From the NCBI GenBank assembly GCA_021785935.1, contig JAJYOG010000001.1, positions 128,743 to 192,742 of the forward strand: DNA of 64,000 nt. Reading direction: 5' to 3'. Positions 17,489-26,229 of this stretch are shown in pieces. This DNA comes from Actinomycetes bacterium (lineage in GTDB: Bacteria; Actinomycetota; Thermoleophilia; BMS3ABIN01). Position 1 is the first letter of the stretch. Every line of letters starts with the position of its first letter. Both the position numbers and the translations under genes were made by a program. A model generated the notes under the pieces. It worked only from the letters and a program-made list of their open reading frames with translations, had not been told where the DNA came from and did not search any database.

Positions 17489-18187
17489 TCAAAGTGGCCT
17501 TTTTTTCGGTATTCCCGGGCGACGCGGAAAGCGATCGGGTGTAGGTTTTATCTTTCGGAAGATCCAGACAGTCAGATTTGTTGATCCAGGAAATGGGGTC
17601 ACAGACTTGATAGAAACCAGGCTGCCCCCAAGAATTGCTGCCACATCCCTGCCGTTTTCTTCTTCAGCCTGTTTGTACGCCCCCCGCTGCAGCAGGGAAA
17701 ACCCGCCAATCTTTATCAGCGGCATCGTGTATTCCAGCACAACAGTTAATGGACCGACGGCCCTGGCCAGAGCAAGATCGAAGCAATGCCTCATATCCGA
17801 GCGGGCGGCAACTTCAGCTCGTTCCTGCACAACCTTTACGTTGTAAAGTCCAAGTATTTCAATCGCTGAGGAAAGAAAAGCGCATTTCTTGCCATTTGAT
17901 TCGAGAAGAGAAAATTCTTTTTCGGGATTGGCAATTGCCAAAGGCAGGCCCGGAAAACCGGCACCGCTACCAACGTCAACGACTGAATGCGAATTAATAT
18001 ATTCAGGAAACGCCAGGAGACTCAGGCTGTCCCGCAAGTGCACATTGATAATGCGGTTCTTTCCAGTAACAGCGGTAAGATTGCGGTCTTCAACACCGGC
18101 GAGAACCTCAAGGAGCTTTTCAAGCGCGGAAATCTGGTGGCGGTCGAAATGATAAAGGTTAAGAAAATCCAGCTGCCAGGTAATCAT
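17489..18187 (-). CDS. rsmG: 16S rRNA (guanine527-N7)-methyltransferase
   Basis: SAM motif VVDVGSGAGFPGLPLAI. Conserved position after mnmG; its start overlaps the mnmG stop (TAATG). Confidence 0.9.
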   Translation of the reverse strand: MITWQLDFLNLYHFDRHQISALEKLLEVLAGVEDRNLTAVTGKNRIINVHLRDSLSLLAFPEYINSHSVVDVGSGAGFPGLPLAIANPEKEFSLLESNGKKCAFLSSAIEILGLYNVKVVQERAEVAARSDMRHCFDLALARAVGPLTVVLEYTMPLIKIGGFSLLQRGAYKQAEEENGRDVAAILGGSLVSIKSVTPFPGSTNLTVWIFRKIKPTPDRFPRRPGIPKKRPL

Positions 18188-20073
18188 TATTGACAGGCAT
18201 GTAGATAAATCGACAGGACTGCTATATCTGACGGGGAAACACCTGCAATGCGTGAAGCCTGCCCCAGTGAAACCGGGCGAAGGCGGGAAAGTTTCTCGCG
18301 AGCTTCGTGAGTTAGCCCATTCAGGCCATAATAAATGAAATCATCCGGGATCAACGTATTTTCACGCCTGAACTGACGGGATATCTGCGACAACTGCCGT
18401 TGGATATAGCCTTCGTACTTTATTTCAATTTCTGCGCGCTCGATTATTTCTTTATTCACAAGGTCAGCGTTTGTTTGGGAAAAGGAGCCGCCATCGAGGT
18501 GGGGAAGGAGCTGTAACAGACCGAGTTCGGGCCGCTTAAGGATCTGATCGGTTTTTTGAGGTTCGGAAATGGCTGAGCTGCCTATGCCGGTAAGAAATTT
18601 ATTGACCATGGGGCTGGGGTAGATGCGCGTCGAGCGCAATAGCGATATAAGATCATCGAGTTTTTCCTGCGAGGAAAGCACGGATGCAATTTCAGTGGCC
18701 GAAACAAGACCCAGGGCGTGACCGACCGGTGAGAGGCGGCTGTGAGCATTATCATGCCGTAAAAGCAGACGGTATTCCGCTCTGGAAGTGAACATACGGT
18801 ATGGCTCATCGACTCCTTTGGTTACGAGGTCGTCGATTAAAACCCCTATATAGGCTTCACTTCGTTGAAGAATAAGGGGTTCTTCGCCTTTGACAGATTG
18901 CGCGGCATTGATACCGGCTATTAGTCCCTGAGCGGCGGCCTCTTCATAGCCACTGGTGCCATTGATTTGGCCGGCAAGAAAGAGGCGCAAAATTGGCTTG
19001 GTTTCCAGAGATGATTTCAGCTGGCTTGGAATAATATAATCGTACTCGACCGCATAACCAGGACGCATAAGCCTCGCTTCTTCGAGGCCGGGGGTCGCAT
19101 GTATGATTTCTTCCTGGACCCAGACGGGAAGGCTTGTCGTCAGTCCCTGGAGGTACATCTCTCGAGTATAACGGCCCTCGGGCTCTACGAAGACGGGATG
19201 TCGCGGACGGTCGGGGAAAATCATAATCTTCCGGTCTATTGAAGGGCAATAACGCGGTCCTTTACCGCTGATAGAACCGGTTTTAATCGGTGAAAGATGG
19301 AGATTACGGCTAACGACTTCGTGGGTCTGAGAATTTGTATAGGTGAGATAACACGGAAGCTGTTGGCGTCCATCTGGCTTTGAGAATGGGGAGAAAGTAT
19401 TGGGGATGGGGTCGCCGTCTTGCACGGCCATTTTTTCCGGTCTGATGGTGCGTCCGTCGATTCTGGGGGGTGTTGCTGATTGGAACCTTCCCAACTCCAA
19501 AGAATTGGCCTCGAGGCTTGATGAGAGGTTTTCAGCAGGGGGTTCGCCCATGCGACCCGCGGGATAGCGAAGATCGCCAATGACTATTTTGCCCTTCAGA
19601 AAAGTGCCACAAGCCAAGACAATTGCGTGCGAGCTAATAAGACTGCCGTCAGAAAGCTTAACTCCACCAATTGTTTCACGTGAAACAATTAGCTCGGAAG
19701 CTATTCCCTCAAGAACCCGGAGGTTCGGTTCGGCCATGATGGCCTTCTTCATATTTTCTTCGTAAAGCTTCTTGTCTGTCTGTGCCCGGAGGGCTCGCAC
19801 AGCTGGTCCTTTGCTGGTGTTGAGCATCTTCATCTGGACGAACGAACGATCGGTGTTGCGACCCTGTTCACCACCGAGAGCGTCGATCTCTCGTGTCAGT
19901 TGACCCTTGCCAACACCGCCGACCGCCGGGTTGCATGGCATCAGGGCGACCTTTTCCAGGTTGAGAGTTAGCAGAAGTGTGGTACAACCCATGCGCGCCG
20001 AGGCCAGAGCGGCCTCGCAGCCGGCGTGGCCTCCGCCGATGACGATGACATCGAAGGAATCGAAAGCGCTCAA
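18187..20073 (-). CDS. mnmG: tRNA uridine 5-carboxymethylaminomethyl modification enzyme MnmG (GidA)
   Basis: FDVIVIGGGHAGCEAA, MPCNPAVGG, GPRYCPSID, and a full C-terminal helical domain. 628 aa. Confidence 0.95.
   Translation of the reverse strand: MSAFDSFDVIVIGGGHAGCEAALASARMGCTTLLLTLNLEKVALMPCNPAVGGVGKGQLTREIDALGGEQGRNTDRSFVQMKMLNTSKGPAVRALRAQTDKKLYEENMKKAIMAEPNLRVLEGIASELIVSRETIGGVKLSDGSLISSHAIVLACGTFLKGKIVIGDLRYPAGRMGEPPAENLSSSLEANSLELGRFQSATPPRIDGRTIRPEKMAVQDGDPIPNTFSPFSKPDGRQQLPCYLTYTNSQTHEVVSRNLHLSPIKTGSISGKGPRYCPSIDRKIMIFPDRPRHPVFVEPEGRYTREMYLQGLTTSLPVWVQEEIIHATPGLEEARLMRPGYAVEYDYIIPSQLKSSLETKPILRLFLAGQINGTSGYEEAAAQGLIAGINAAQSVKGEEPLILQRSEAYIGVLIDDLVTKGVDEPYRMFTSRAEYRLLLRHDNAHSRLSPVGHALGLVSATEIASVLSSQEKLDDLISLLRSTRIYPSPMVNKFLTGIGSSAISEPQKTDQILKRPELGLLQLLPHLDGGSFSQTNADLVNKEIIERAEIEIKYEGYIQRQLSQISRQFRRENTLIPDDFIYYGLNGLTHEAREKLSRLRPVSLGQASRIAGVSPSDIAVLSIYLHACQ
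19672..19687. other. parS centromere-like site (perfect consensus)
   Basis: TGTTTCACGTGAAACA is an exact match. It is embedded in the 22-bp perfect palindrome AATTGTTTCACGTGAAACAATT (19669-19690) inside the mnmG coding sequence. Confidence 0.85.
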
Positions 20074-21314
20074 CAGCCCGTCTCGTCGTCTATCCGTATG
20101 GTAACGGGGCGCTTGCCTTTATGGGCGATGCGCTCGATAAGCAAGGTAACAAATTCCAGATTTGTAGTCAAAGGAAGAGAATCGCTTATTTCAAGCACGT
20201 ATGAAGCCGCATTTACTCCAGCAATGAAACCCAGAACGGCTGCTTCAGAATAATTGCAGCTGCCTGCGGCCCGTCCGGAAAAGAAGAGCCCGTGTTTTCC
20301 GATTGCCTCAAGGTTCTCGCCCACCTGCCCGGCCGTTAGCACCAGGTGCAGAACAGCATAGGAGCCGCGGGTTATCCAGGCGCTGGAGAAACCATCAAGC
20401 TTCCGCAATTCCTCGAGCTGGCTGGCGCGGTTCCCAGTGGTCTCCAGACCGAAGCCCAGCACTTCTCCTGGTTGCGATCCGTCCACTCGGATACGCGGAT
20501 CGCCTGAAAGTGCAAAGCGCATATCTTCGCTATTGCGCGGATCGCCTGAAGGAGCAAAGCGTACATCTTCGCTATTGCGCGGATCGCCTGAAAGTGCAAA
20601 GCGCATATCTTCGCTATTGCGCGGATCGCCCGTGGGAGACTGCGGGCGCCCCTTCAAATCATCCTGAAGGCTTCGTGAAGAAATGCGGGGCGAGGTTCTG
20701 CCTGATACCTCCAAAAGTTCGATGTCCACCTTTTGCAGGGACTTTACCAATGAATCCGAGGGTATCTCGGCCCATCGGCCTCCCGGAATTTCTCGACCGG
20801 AATCGATCACGCGCCCGTGCAGGAAAGTGCCGGCCGCAACGATGACAGCGGTGGCTCTGAAGTTCTCTCCAAAATTAGTCTCGACTTTCCAGCCGTCTTC
20901 GGACGCCTCGAGCTTCACCACCAATCCCTGCCGAAGAGCGACCCCATCCTCGTTCTCCATTTGCTCCTTCCAGGCGAGACCGAGGCGCCGGCGATCTATC
21001 AGAACTCTTCCAATGACTTTATCGGTCGAGACAATGTCCTCGGACTTAAGCAGCTTTGGCAACTGCCCTCCCAGCATCGCCAGCTCCGAAAGCAAGTTAT
21101 GACGGCGATCGTTACAGTCATCAACTAATACCGGAGTTGCGGGAGGATAGCCGACCATGTCGAGATTGATCGTCAGGCAAAGAACGCTGGCGCCGCGCCT
21201 GGCAGCCGCTATACTGGCCTCGCAGCCGGACGGCCCGGCGCCGATGACGACGATGTCAAAATCGTGATCTGAATTACATGAAGAAATGGAATTGCTTTCT
21301 TTTTCGCGGTTCAT
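20070..21314 (-). CDS. truncated MnmG/GidA-like FAD-binding paralog lacking catalytic Cys motifs and the C-terminal domain
   Basis: FDIVVIGAGPSGCEASIAAARRGASVLCLTINLD aligns with the MnmG N-terminus. GYPPATPVL replaces MPCNPAVGG and there is no RYCPS motif. GLFFSGRAAGSCNYSEAAVLGFIAGVNAA aligns with LFLAGQINGTSGYEEAAAQGLIAGINAA. The protein ends about 200 aa early, and its stop overlaps the mnmG start. Confidence 0.7.
   Translation of the reverse strand: MNREKESNSISSCNSDHDFDIVVIGAGPSGCEASIAAARRGASVLCLTINLDMVGYPPATPVLVDDCNDRRHNLLSELAMLGGQLPKLLKSEDIVSTDKVIGRVLIDRRRLGLAWKEQMENEDGVALRQGLVVKLEASEDGWKVETNFGENFRATAVIVAAGTFLHGRVIDSGREIPGGRWAEIPSDSLVKSLQKVDIELLEVSGRTSPRISSRSLQDDLKGRPQSPTGDPRNSEDMRFALSGDPRNSEDVRFAPSGDPRNSEDMRFALSGDPRIRVDGSQPGEVLGFGLETTGNRASQLEELRKLDGFSSAWITRGSYAVLHLVLTAGQVGENLEAIGKHGLFFSGRAAGSCNYSEAAVLGFIAGVNAASYVLEISDSLPLTTNLEFVTLLIERIAHKGKRPVTIRIDDETGC
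20495..20630. repeat. 42-bp in-frame tandem repeat, about 3.2 copies
   Basis: Units start at 20495, 20537, 20579 and a partial one at 20621 (gcggatcgcctgaaagtgcaaagcgcatatcttcgctattgc). Copies 1 and 3 are identical; copy 2 has a few substitutions. Encodes GDPRNSEDMRFALS x3. Confidence 0.9.
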
Positions 21315-21338
21315 CCAAAGAAAAAATGGCGGGCGAGG

Positions 21339-22721
21339 TTATTTGCCTATGCAGAACTCGTGGAAGATAGTATCGAGCAAGTCCTCAACCAGCTCATCAC
21401 CTGTGATCTCACCCAGGGAGCTGGCCGCGGCACGAAGCTCTTCGGCTATCAGCTCTTCGCCAAGACCGACGCGCAGACCCTGGCGCGCCCGATTGATTGC
21501 GTCGCTGGAAAGCTGCAAGAGCTGCCGGTGGCGCTCGTGGGTGACGATGGGGCCTTCAAGCGGCGGCAGCGCCCCGCCGACAACGAGCTCGGCAATCCTC
21601 TCCTTGAGAACCCGCAGCCCCTGCCTGGTCATCGCCGAAATGATAACTGGTTCATGCGGTAGCAGGCCGCGGTTAAATCGCGGGTTCCGGCCGCGGAACT
21701 TGTCGCACTTGTTGATGACGTAAATCGTTTTTTCCTTGGGGATGGAGGTGAGCAATGCCCGGTCGTGGTCATCCTCGGGCTCGCTGCCATCCAAAAGGCA
21801 AAGAATTAAATCCGCCTCTTTCATGGCGTTCCGGCTGCGGTCGATGCCGATCTGTTCGACTTCGTCGGTTGCCGGCCGGAGACCGGCGGTATCGATCAGT
21901 TGCAGGGGAATTCCCTGGATGTTGATGATCTCCTCAATCGTATCCCGGGTTGTTCCCGGAATCTCGGTAACGATGGCCCTTTCCCGCATTAGCAGGGAAT
22001 TTAACAGGCTGGATTTGCCCACATTCGGCTTGCCGACAATTGCGGTGCGAACTCCCTGGCTTAGCACGCGCCCGACAAAAGCGGATTCGATGAGATCCTG
22101 AAGCCGCGCCTGCAGCTCGCTTAAACGCTCATCGGCCTCATCACGATTGAGTTCCTCAATATCCTCGTCGGAAAAATCGATATCCGCTTCCACGGCTGCC
22201 ATGACCCGCAGGATAGCTCTTCGCAGTTCCTGGATCTCCTTTGACAGGGATCCACCGAGCTGGGACAGGGCAACGCGCAGACCGGCCTCGGTCTTGGCCG
22301 AGATAATCAAGGCTACGCTTTCAGCCTGAGCCAGATCGATGCGTCCGTTGAGGAAAGCGCGGCGCGTAAATTCCCCTGGGGTCGCAAGGGTGGCTCCGTG
22401 CTCCAGGAAGAGCGACAGCACTTTTTGCTGGGCTACAGGGCCGCCGTGGCAATTGACCTCGACGATATCCTCGCAGGTGTAGGTATTTGGAGCCTTCATC
22501 ACGCCGACGAGAACCTCATCTACAACCTCTCCGGCCAGGGGATCATGGATTACTCCGTAATTAAGGCTATGCGAAAGAGATTGTTCGAGCCGCCGGCCGC
22601 CGGCCGTCCTGAAAACGTGGCCGCAGATTTCCAGGGCTTCGGGACCGGTCATGCGGACTATGCCGATGGCGCCGGCTCCGAGCGGTGTGGATATTGCAGC
22701 GATAGTAGGAACATTTGGCAT
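21339..22721 (-). CDS. mnmE: tRNA modification GTPase MnmE (TrmE)
   Basis: TIAAISTPLGAGAIGIVRMTG, G1 motif GKPNVGKSSLLN, C-terminal FCIGK. Confidence 0.95.
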   Translation of the reverse strand: MPNVPTIAAISTPLGAGAIGIVRMTGPEALEICGHVFRTAGGRRLEQSLSHSLNYGVIHDPLAGEVVDEVLVGVMKAPNTYTCEDIVEVNCHGGPVAQQKVLSLFLEHGATLATPGEFTRRAFLNGRIDLAQAESVALIISAKTEAGLRVALSQLGGSLSKEIQELRRAILRVMAAVEADIDFSDEDIEELNRDEADERLSELQARLQDLIESAFVGRVLSQGVRTAIVGKPNVGKSSLLNSLLMRERAIVTEIPGTTRDTIEEIINIQGIPLQLIDTAGLRPATDEVEQIGIDRSRNAMKEADLILCLLDGSEPEDDHDRALLTSIPKEKTIYVINKCDKFRGRNPRFNRGLLPHEPVIISAMTRQGLRVLKERIAELVVGGALPPLEGPIVTHERHRQLLQLSSDAINRARQGLRVGLGEELIAEELRAAASSLGEITGDELVEDLLDTIFHEFCIGK

Positions 22722-22770
22722 GGGGGATATTATATCAACCTTATGCCTGCCCCGGCCGGGATAAAATCAG

Positions 22771-22800
22771 CTGACACCATTCTGGAAGAAAGGGTAGAAT
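22771..22800 (+). promoter_or_regulatory. candidate promoter for the thioredoxin-domain gene
   Basis: CTGACA (22771-22776), 18-bp spacer, TAGAAT (22795-22800), 33 nt before the ATG. Confidence 0.3.
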
Positions 22801-22833
22801 ATTCAGGTTCCGCAACCGCGAATAAGGAAAATC

Positions 22834-24636
22834 ATGGCGACTGACAATAACCGCGGCACCACCAGCGGATTCCGATTTTCGCCCAACCCCAACAAGGCCG
22901 GCCGCATCAAATGGCAGCCCTGGAGCGAGCAGGCATTCCAGCAGTCCCAAAAAGAAGGCAAACCAATCGCCCTGGCGATTTCCGCGGTGTGGTGCCACTG
23001 GTGCCACGTCATGGATGAGACCACCTATTCAGACGACGAAATCATCTCCCTTATTAACGATAGTTATGTGCCGGTCCGTGTCGACAGCGACCAGCGGCCG
23101 GATATAAATGCCCGCTACAACCAGGGAGGCTGGCCGACCCTGGCGCTCCTGACGGATGATGGCGAAGTCATTACCGGAGGGACGTATATTCCGCCGGAAG
23201 ATTTGCGCCAACTCTTAAGCAGCGTCAAGGATCTGTACGCTAATAATCTGGCAGAGATCCGTGAGGCGGTCGAGAAGGTCCGCGAGCAGCGGGCAGGCGC
23301 CATGGCCCTACCTGCTGAGGGCCCGGATCTGAGCCAGTCGGTCGCGGCCTACCTGCTGGAGGTCGCGTCGGACGTGTACGACACCGAGTTCGGCGGTTTT
23401 GGCGGCACCACAAAATTTCCCTACACGAACGTTCTTTCCCTGATTCTGATGGTCCTCGCCGAGGGTTCTATCGCCGACCTCGAAGAAATGCTTACGACAA
23501 CCCTGGACGCCATGGCGGCGGGGGGAATGTACGATAACGTCGGCGGGGGCTTCTTCCGCTATTCGACGGATCGTGAATGGACGGTTCCCCATTACGAAAA
23601 GATGCTGGAGGATAATTCCTTGCTGCTGGCCGTGTATGCCGAAGCCGCTCATGTCACCGGGAAAAAGGAATACGAATCGGTGGCCCGAGATGTCTACAGG
23701 TATCTGACCCGGGTTTTGCTCGATCATACAATGGGAGCATTTTTTGGCAGCCAGGACGCTGATGAGGAATATTACCGGCTTGACGCGGTGGCGCGCGGGG
23801 CAGCCAAGTCCCCCAATGTCGACACAGCGATCTATTCGGGCTGGAATGCCGTGACTGCTTCGGCACTCTTGCGCGCCTTTCAGATTTTCGGCGATACGGA
23901 CATGCGCGACCGCGCGACCGCTACGCTTGATTTCGTCTGGGACAAAATGTGGGATCCCGGGTCCGGTCTTCATCATTACCACGATGGGGAAGCGCATCTT
24001 CCCGGGCTGCTGAGCGATGCCGCCCGCATGATCGGCGCCTGCCTCGACGCATATGAAAGCGGCTGTGGCGAAAAATGGCTGGACCGGTCGCTGAAGACGG
24101 CCCAATGGCTGCTGGCGAATCTCGAGAACGAAGCAGCGGGTGGGTTCTTCGATTGCTTGCGGGCCCCGGGGAGCAACGGATTGCCAGCCGAGCGCTCGAT
24201 TCCGCTGGCGGAAAATTCCATCGCCGCTTCTGCCTTGATCCGCCTTTCGCAGAACAGCGGCCAGCCCCGATTTGGTGACTCGGCTGAAAAGGCTCTCAAA
24301 TATTTTTCGGGAAGCTACAGGGACAGCGGCCTTTTTGCCGCCGATTACGCCTATGCGGTTGAGCGGCTCCTTGATCCGCCTGTTCGTGTGACAGTAACGG
24401 GCCCTCCCGATGAAGAGGCAACGGTAGAGATGATCAGGGCCGCGCATTTGGCACGGATACCTTTCCGCTCCGTCGAGGTACTGGACCCCGCGGTACACAA
24501 CGAGGAGTTGGAAGCCGCCGGCTACGGATACCGAGGCAAACCGATAGCTTATATCTGTATTGGCGCCAGCTGTCAGCCAGCGGTCATGGATCCCGCGGAG
24601 CTCCCCGGCAGGCTCGAGGCCGGCAGGGTGCGGTGA
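22834..24636 (+). CDS. thioredoxin-domain protein of the YyaL/DUF255 family (thioredoxin fold + six-hairpin alpha/alpha domain)
   Basis: WQPWSEQAFQQSQKEGKPIALAISAVWCHWCHVMD...VPVRVDSDQRPDI is the family N-terminal signature. 600 aa. Confidence 0.85.
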   Translation: MATDNNRGTTSGFRFSPNPNKAGRIKWQPWSEQAFQQSQKEGKPIALAISAVWCHWCHVMDETTYSDDEIISLINDSYVPVRVDSDQRPDINARYNQGGWPTLALLTDDGEVITGGTYIPPEDLRQLLSSVKDLYANNLAEIREAVEKVREQRAGAMALPAEGPDLSQSVAAYLLEVASDVYDTEFGGFGGTTKFPYTNVLSLILMVLAEGSIADLEEMLTTTLDAMAAGGMYDNVGGGFFRYSTDREWTVPHYEKMLEDNSLLLAVYAEAAHVTGKKEYESVARDVYRYLTRVLLDHTMGAFFGSQDADEEYYRLDAVARGAAKSPNVDTAIYSGWNAVTASALLRAFQIFGDTDMRDRATATLDFVWDKMWDPGSGLHHYHDGEAHLPGLLSDAARMIGACLDAYESGCGEKWLDRSLKTAQWLLANLENEAAGGFFDCLRAPGSNGLPAERSIPLAENSIAASALIRLSQNSGQPRFGDSAEKALKYFSGSYRDSGLFAADYAYAVERLLDPPVRVTVTGPPDEEATVEMIRAAHLARIPFRSVEVLDPAVHNEELEAAGYGYRGKPIAYICIGASCQPAVMDPAELPGRLEAGRVR

Positions 24637-25445
24637 ACGCAGGGGGCGGGATTAGCGGGGGGGCCGCCGGGTCAGGGTTAGAGTATGCCGCCGAGATCCA
24701 GGAGCTGACTCGAAGTGTTGTTTCCCGGTTCGTTTCAGCCGATGGTCTTGCGGTAGATTATGGCAAGCTGGAAGGCTCTGCCGATCTTAAGTCGTTTGAA
24801 GCAAAAATTCAGCGCCTTGCCGATTTAGATCCCTCTCTGTTTGAAGGGCGCGGCCAGCGCCTTTCTTTCTGGATTAATCTTTATAATCTCCTCGTGATTC
24901 GGGAAGTAGTAAGGTCCGGCGCCTTCAAGGCAGCCGGACTCGAAAAGGAATTCTTCAAACGCAGGATCTGCACGATAGCCGGATCGGCTCTTTCGCTCAA
25001 TGACATTGAATACGGAATTTTACGGGGCAATGCTCCCCGCTCCTACCTGGTCTGGGGGCAGTTTTATCCGGGTGATAAACGCAGGCGCTTGATGCTGGAT
25101 CCCTGCGAGCCGCGCGTATGCTTCGCGCTGGTCAAAGCCTCGCGCTCAGGTCCCCCACTCAGATTTTTCGAAGCGGAGGGGATAGAGGGGCAACTGTACC
25201 GGGCGGCCGTAGATTTCATTCGCAATGGCGGCGTTGTTATCAACCGGGAGGAAAACACGATCACGCTATCGCATATCTTCAAATCACGCGCCCGGGATTT
25301 CGGCGGCTCCCAGGGGGCAATGCGTTTTATCACCAGGCACATGGAATCACCCGGCGATGCTGCCTACATCTGCCTGCACGCCGGCAAGGATAAGACCAGG
25401 TTTAGGGATTGTGATCAAATACTCAACCGCCAGAGTGAAAAATAA
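24633..25445 (+). CDS. DUF547 domain protein
   Basis: LSFWINLYNLLVIREVV and LNDIEYGILRG match the DUF547 core. GTG start overlaps the upstream stop (GTGA). Confidence 0.7.
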   Translation: MNAGGGISGGAAGSGLEYAAEIQELTRSVVSRFVSADGLAVDYGKLEGSADLKSFEAKIQRLADLDPSLFEGRGQRLSFWINLYNLLVIREVVRSGAFKAAGLEKEFFKRRICTIAGSALSLNDIEYGILRGNAPRSYLVWGQFYPGDKRRRLMLDPCEPRVCFALVKASRSGPPLRFFEAEGIEGQLYRAAVDFIRNGGVVINREENTITLSHIFKSRARDFGGSQGAMRFITRHMESPGDAAYICLHAGKDKTRFRDCDQILNRQSEK

Positions 25446-25589
25446 CCAAAAGCCTCAAGCTGAACTAGAGGGATATGGATTAAAAGACAAATGTGTGCAA
25501 TTTGCGGAATAAAATTTTCCCGTGCCCCCTTTACCCGGCAATCCAGGCTGGCTATGATACCTTACTAGGTGCAGGAAATTGGGATCTAA

Positions 25590-25637
25590 CCACGAAATGT
25601 TGTGTATCGGTCCCGACTCAGCAACTATACCTAGTAA
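25590..25637 (+). promoter_or_regulatory. two candidate NrdR boxes, 32 bp apart, upstream of nrdR
   Basis: ccacgaaatgttgtgt (25590-25605) matches the remembered consensus acaCwAtATaTwGtgt at 12/16. caactatacctagtaa (25622-25637) matches at 10/16. A possible promoter is TTTACC (25530-25535), 17 bp, TATGAT (25553-25558). Confidence 0.35.
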
Positions 25638-25652
25638 TGTTAGGTTTTTTCG

Positions 25653-26096
25653 TTGAAGTGCCCTTTTTGCGATGCCACCGAGATAAAAGTGGTGGATTCC
25701 CGCGACACAGAATCGCGGGATGCTATTCGCCGCCGCCGCGAATGTCTGAAATGCCAGCGGCGGTTTACAACTTACGAGAGGGTCGAGGAAACGCCCCTCA
25801 CAGTGATCAAGCGGGCGGGAGAGAGAGAAGTTTTCTCCCGCTCGAAGCTTCTTAAGGGTTTGCTGAGGGCTTGCGAGAAACGCCCGATCGAAACCGGGAC
25901 GCTTGAAAAGCTCATCGAAGATGTTGAGGCCGAGTTGCGAAACGAGTTCAAGACGGAGGTGCCGTCAGCGGAGATTGGGGATCGAACGCTGGCGAAACTG
26001 AAAGATCTGGACAAAGTGGCCTATGTCCGGTTTGCCTCGGTCTATCGCAAGTTTGAAGATGTGGATGAATTTCAAAGGGAGCTGGCCAAGCTTTAG
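25653..26096 (+). CDS. nrdR: transcriptional repressor NrdR
   Basis: TTG start. Zn-ribbon KCPFCDATEIKVVDSR...CLKCQRRFTTYE plus an ATP-cone. Confidence 0.9.
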   Translation: MKCPFCDATEIKVVDSRDTESRDAIRRRRECLKCQRRFTTYERVEETPLTVIKRAGEREVFSRSKLLKGLLRACEKRPIETGTLEKLIEDVEAELRNEFKTEVPSAEIGDRTLAKLKDLDKVAYVRFASVYRKFEDVDEFQRELAKL

Positions 26097-26229
26097 ATGC
26101 TTCCGGACATTGCGGGTTTATGGGGACCCAGTTGAGGGTGGCTCAACGGAGCCGGAGAGTTTTTCCGTCTGGCGAGCAGCCTAAAATCTGGAAACAGGCA
26201 GGATCTGTTTTAGAAAGGGGAGAACCAGC

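Noticed and set aside
20495-20630. Direct repeats considered as a mini CRISPR array
   Set aside because: The units are contiguous without spacers, 42 bp (in-frame) long, and lie inside an ORF that they translate cleanly. No cas genes are nearby.
22686-22833. oriC next to mnmE, including isolated DnaA-box-like 9-mers (tgtggatat at 22686-22694, and ctatccaca at 39428-39436)
   Set aside because: These are only single 8/9 matches, located inside coding sequence. There is no cluster of boxes and no AT-rich unwinding element in the 112-nt mnmE upstream spacer.
23308-24498. 396-aa ORF on the minus strand
   Set aside because: It is entirely antisense to the well-supported thioredoxin-domain (CHWCHVM) gene. 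The sequence is Arg/Gly/Ala-rich with no motif, a typical GC-rich shadow ORF.
26097-26229. Possible cobalamin riboswitch ahead of the B12-dependent nrdJ
   Set aside because: The spacer is only about 133 nt, and I could not find the conserved B12-box-like core or the expected multi-stem layout. A covariance-model scan would settle it.
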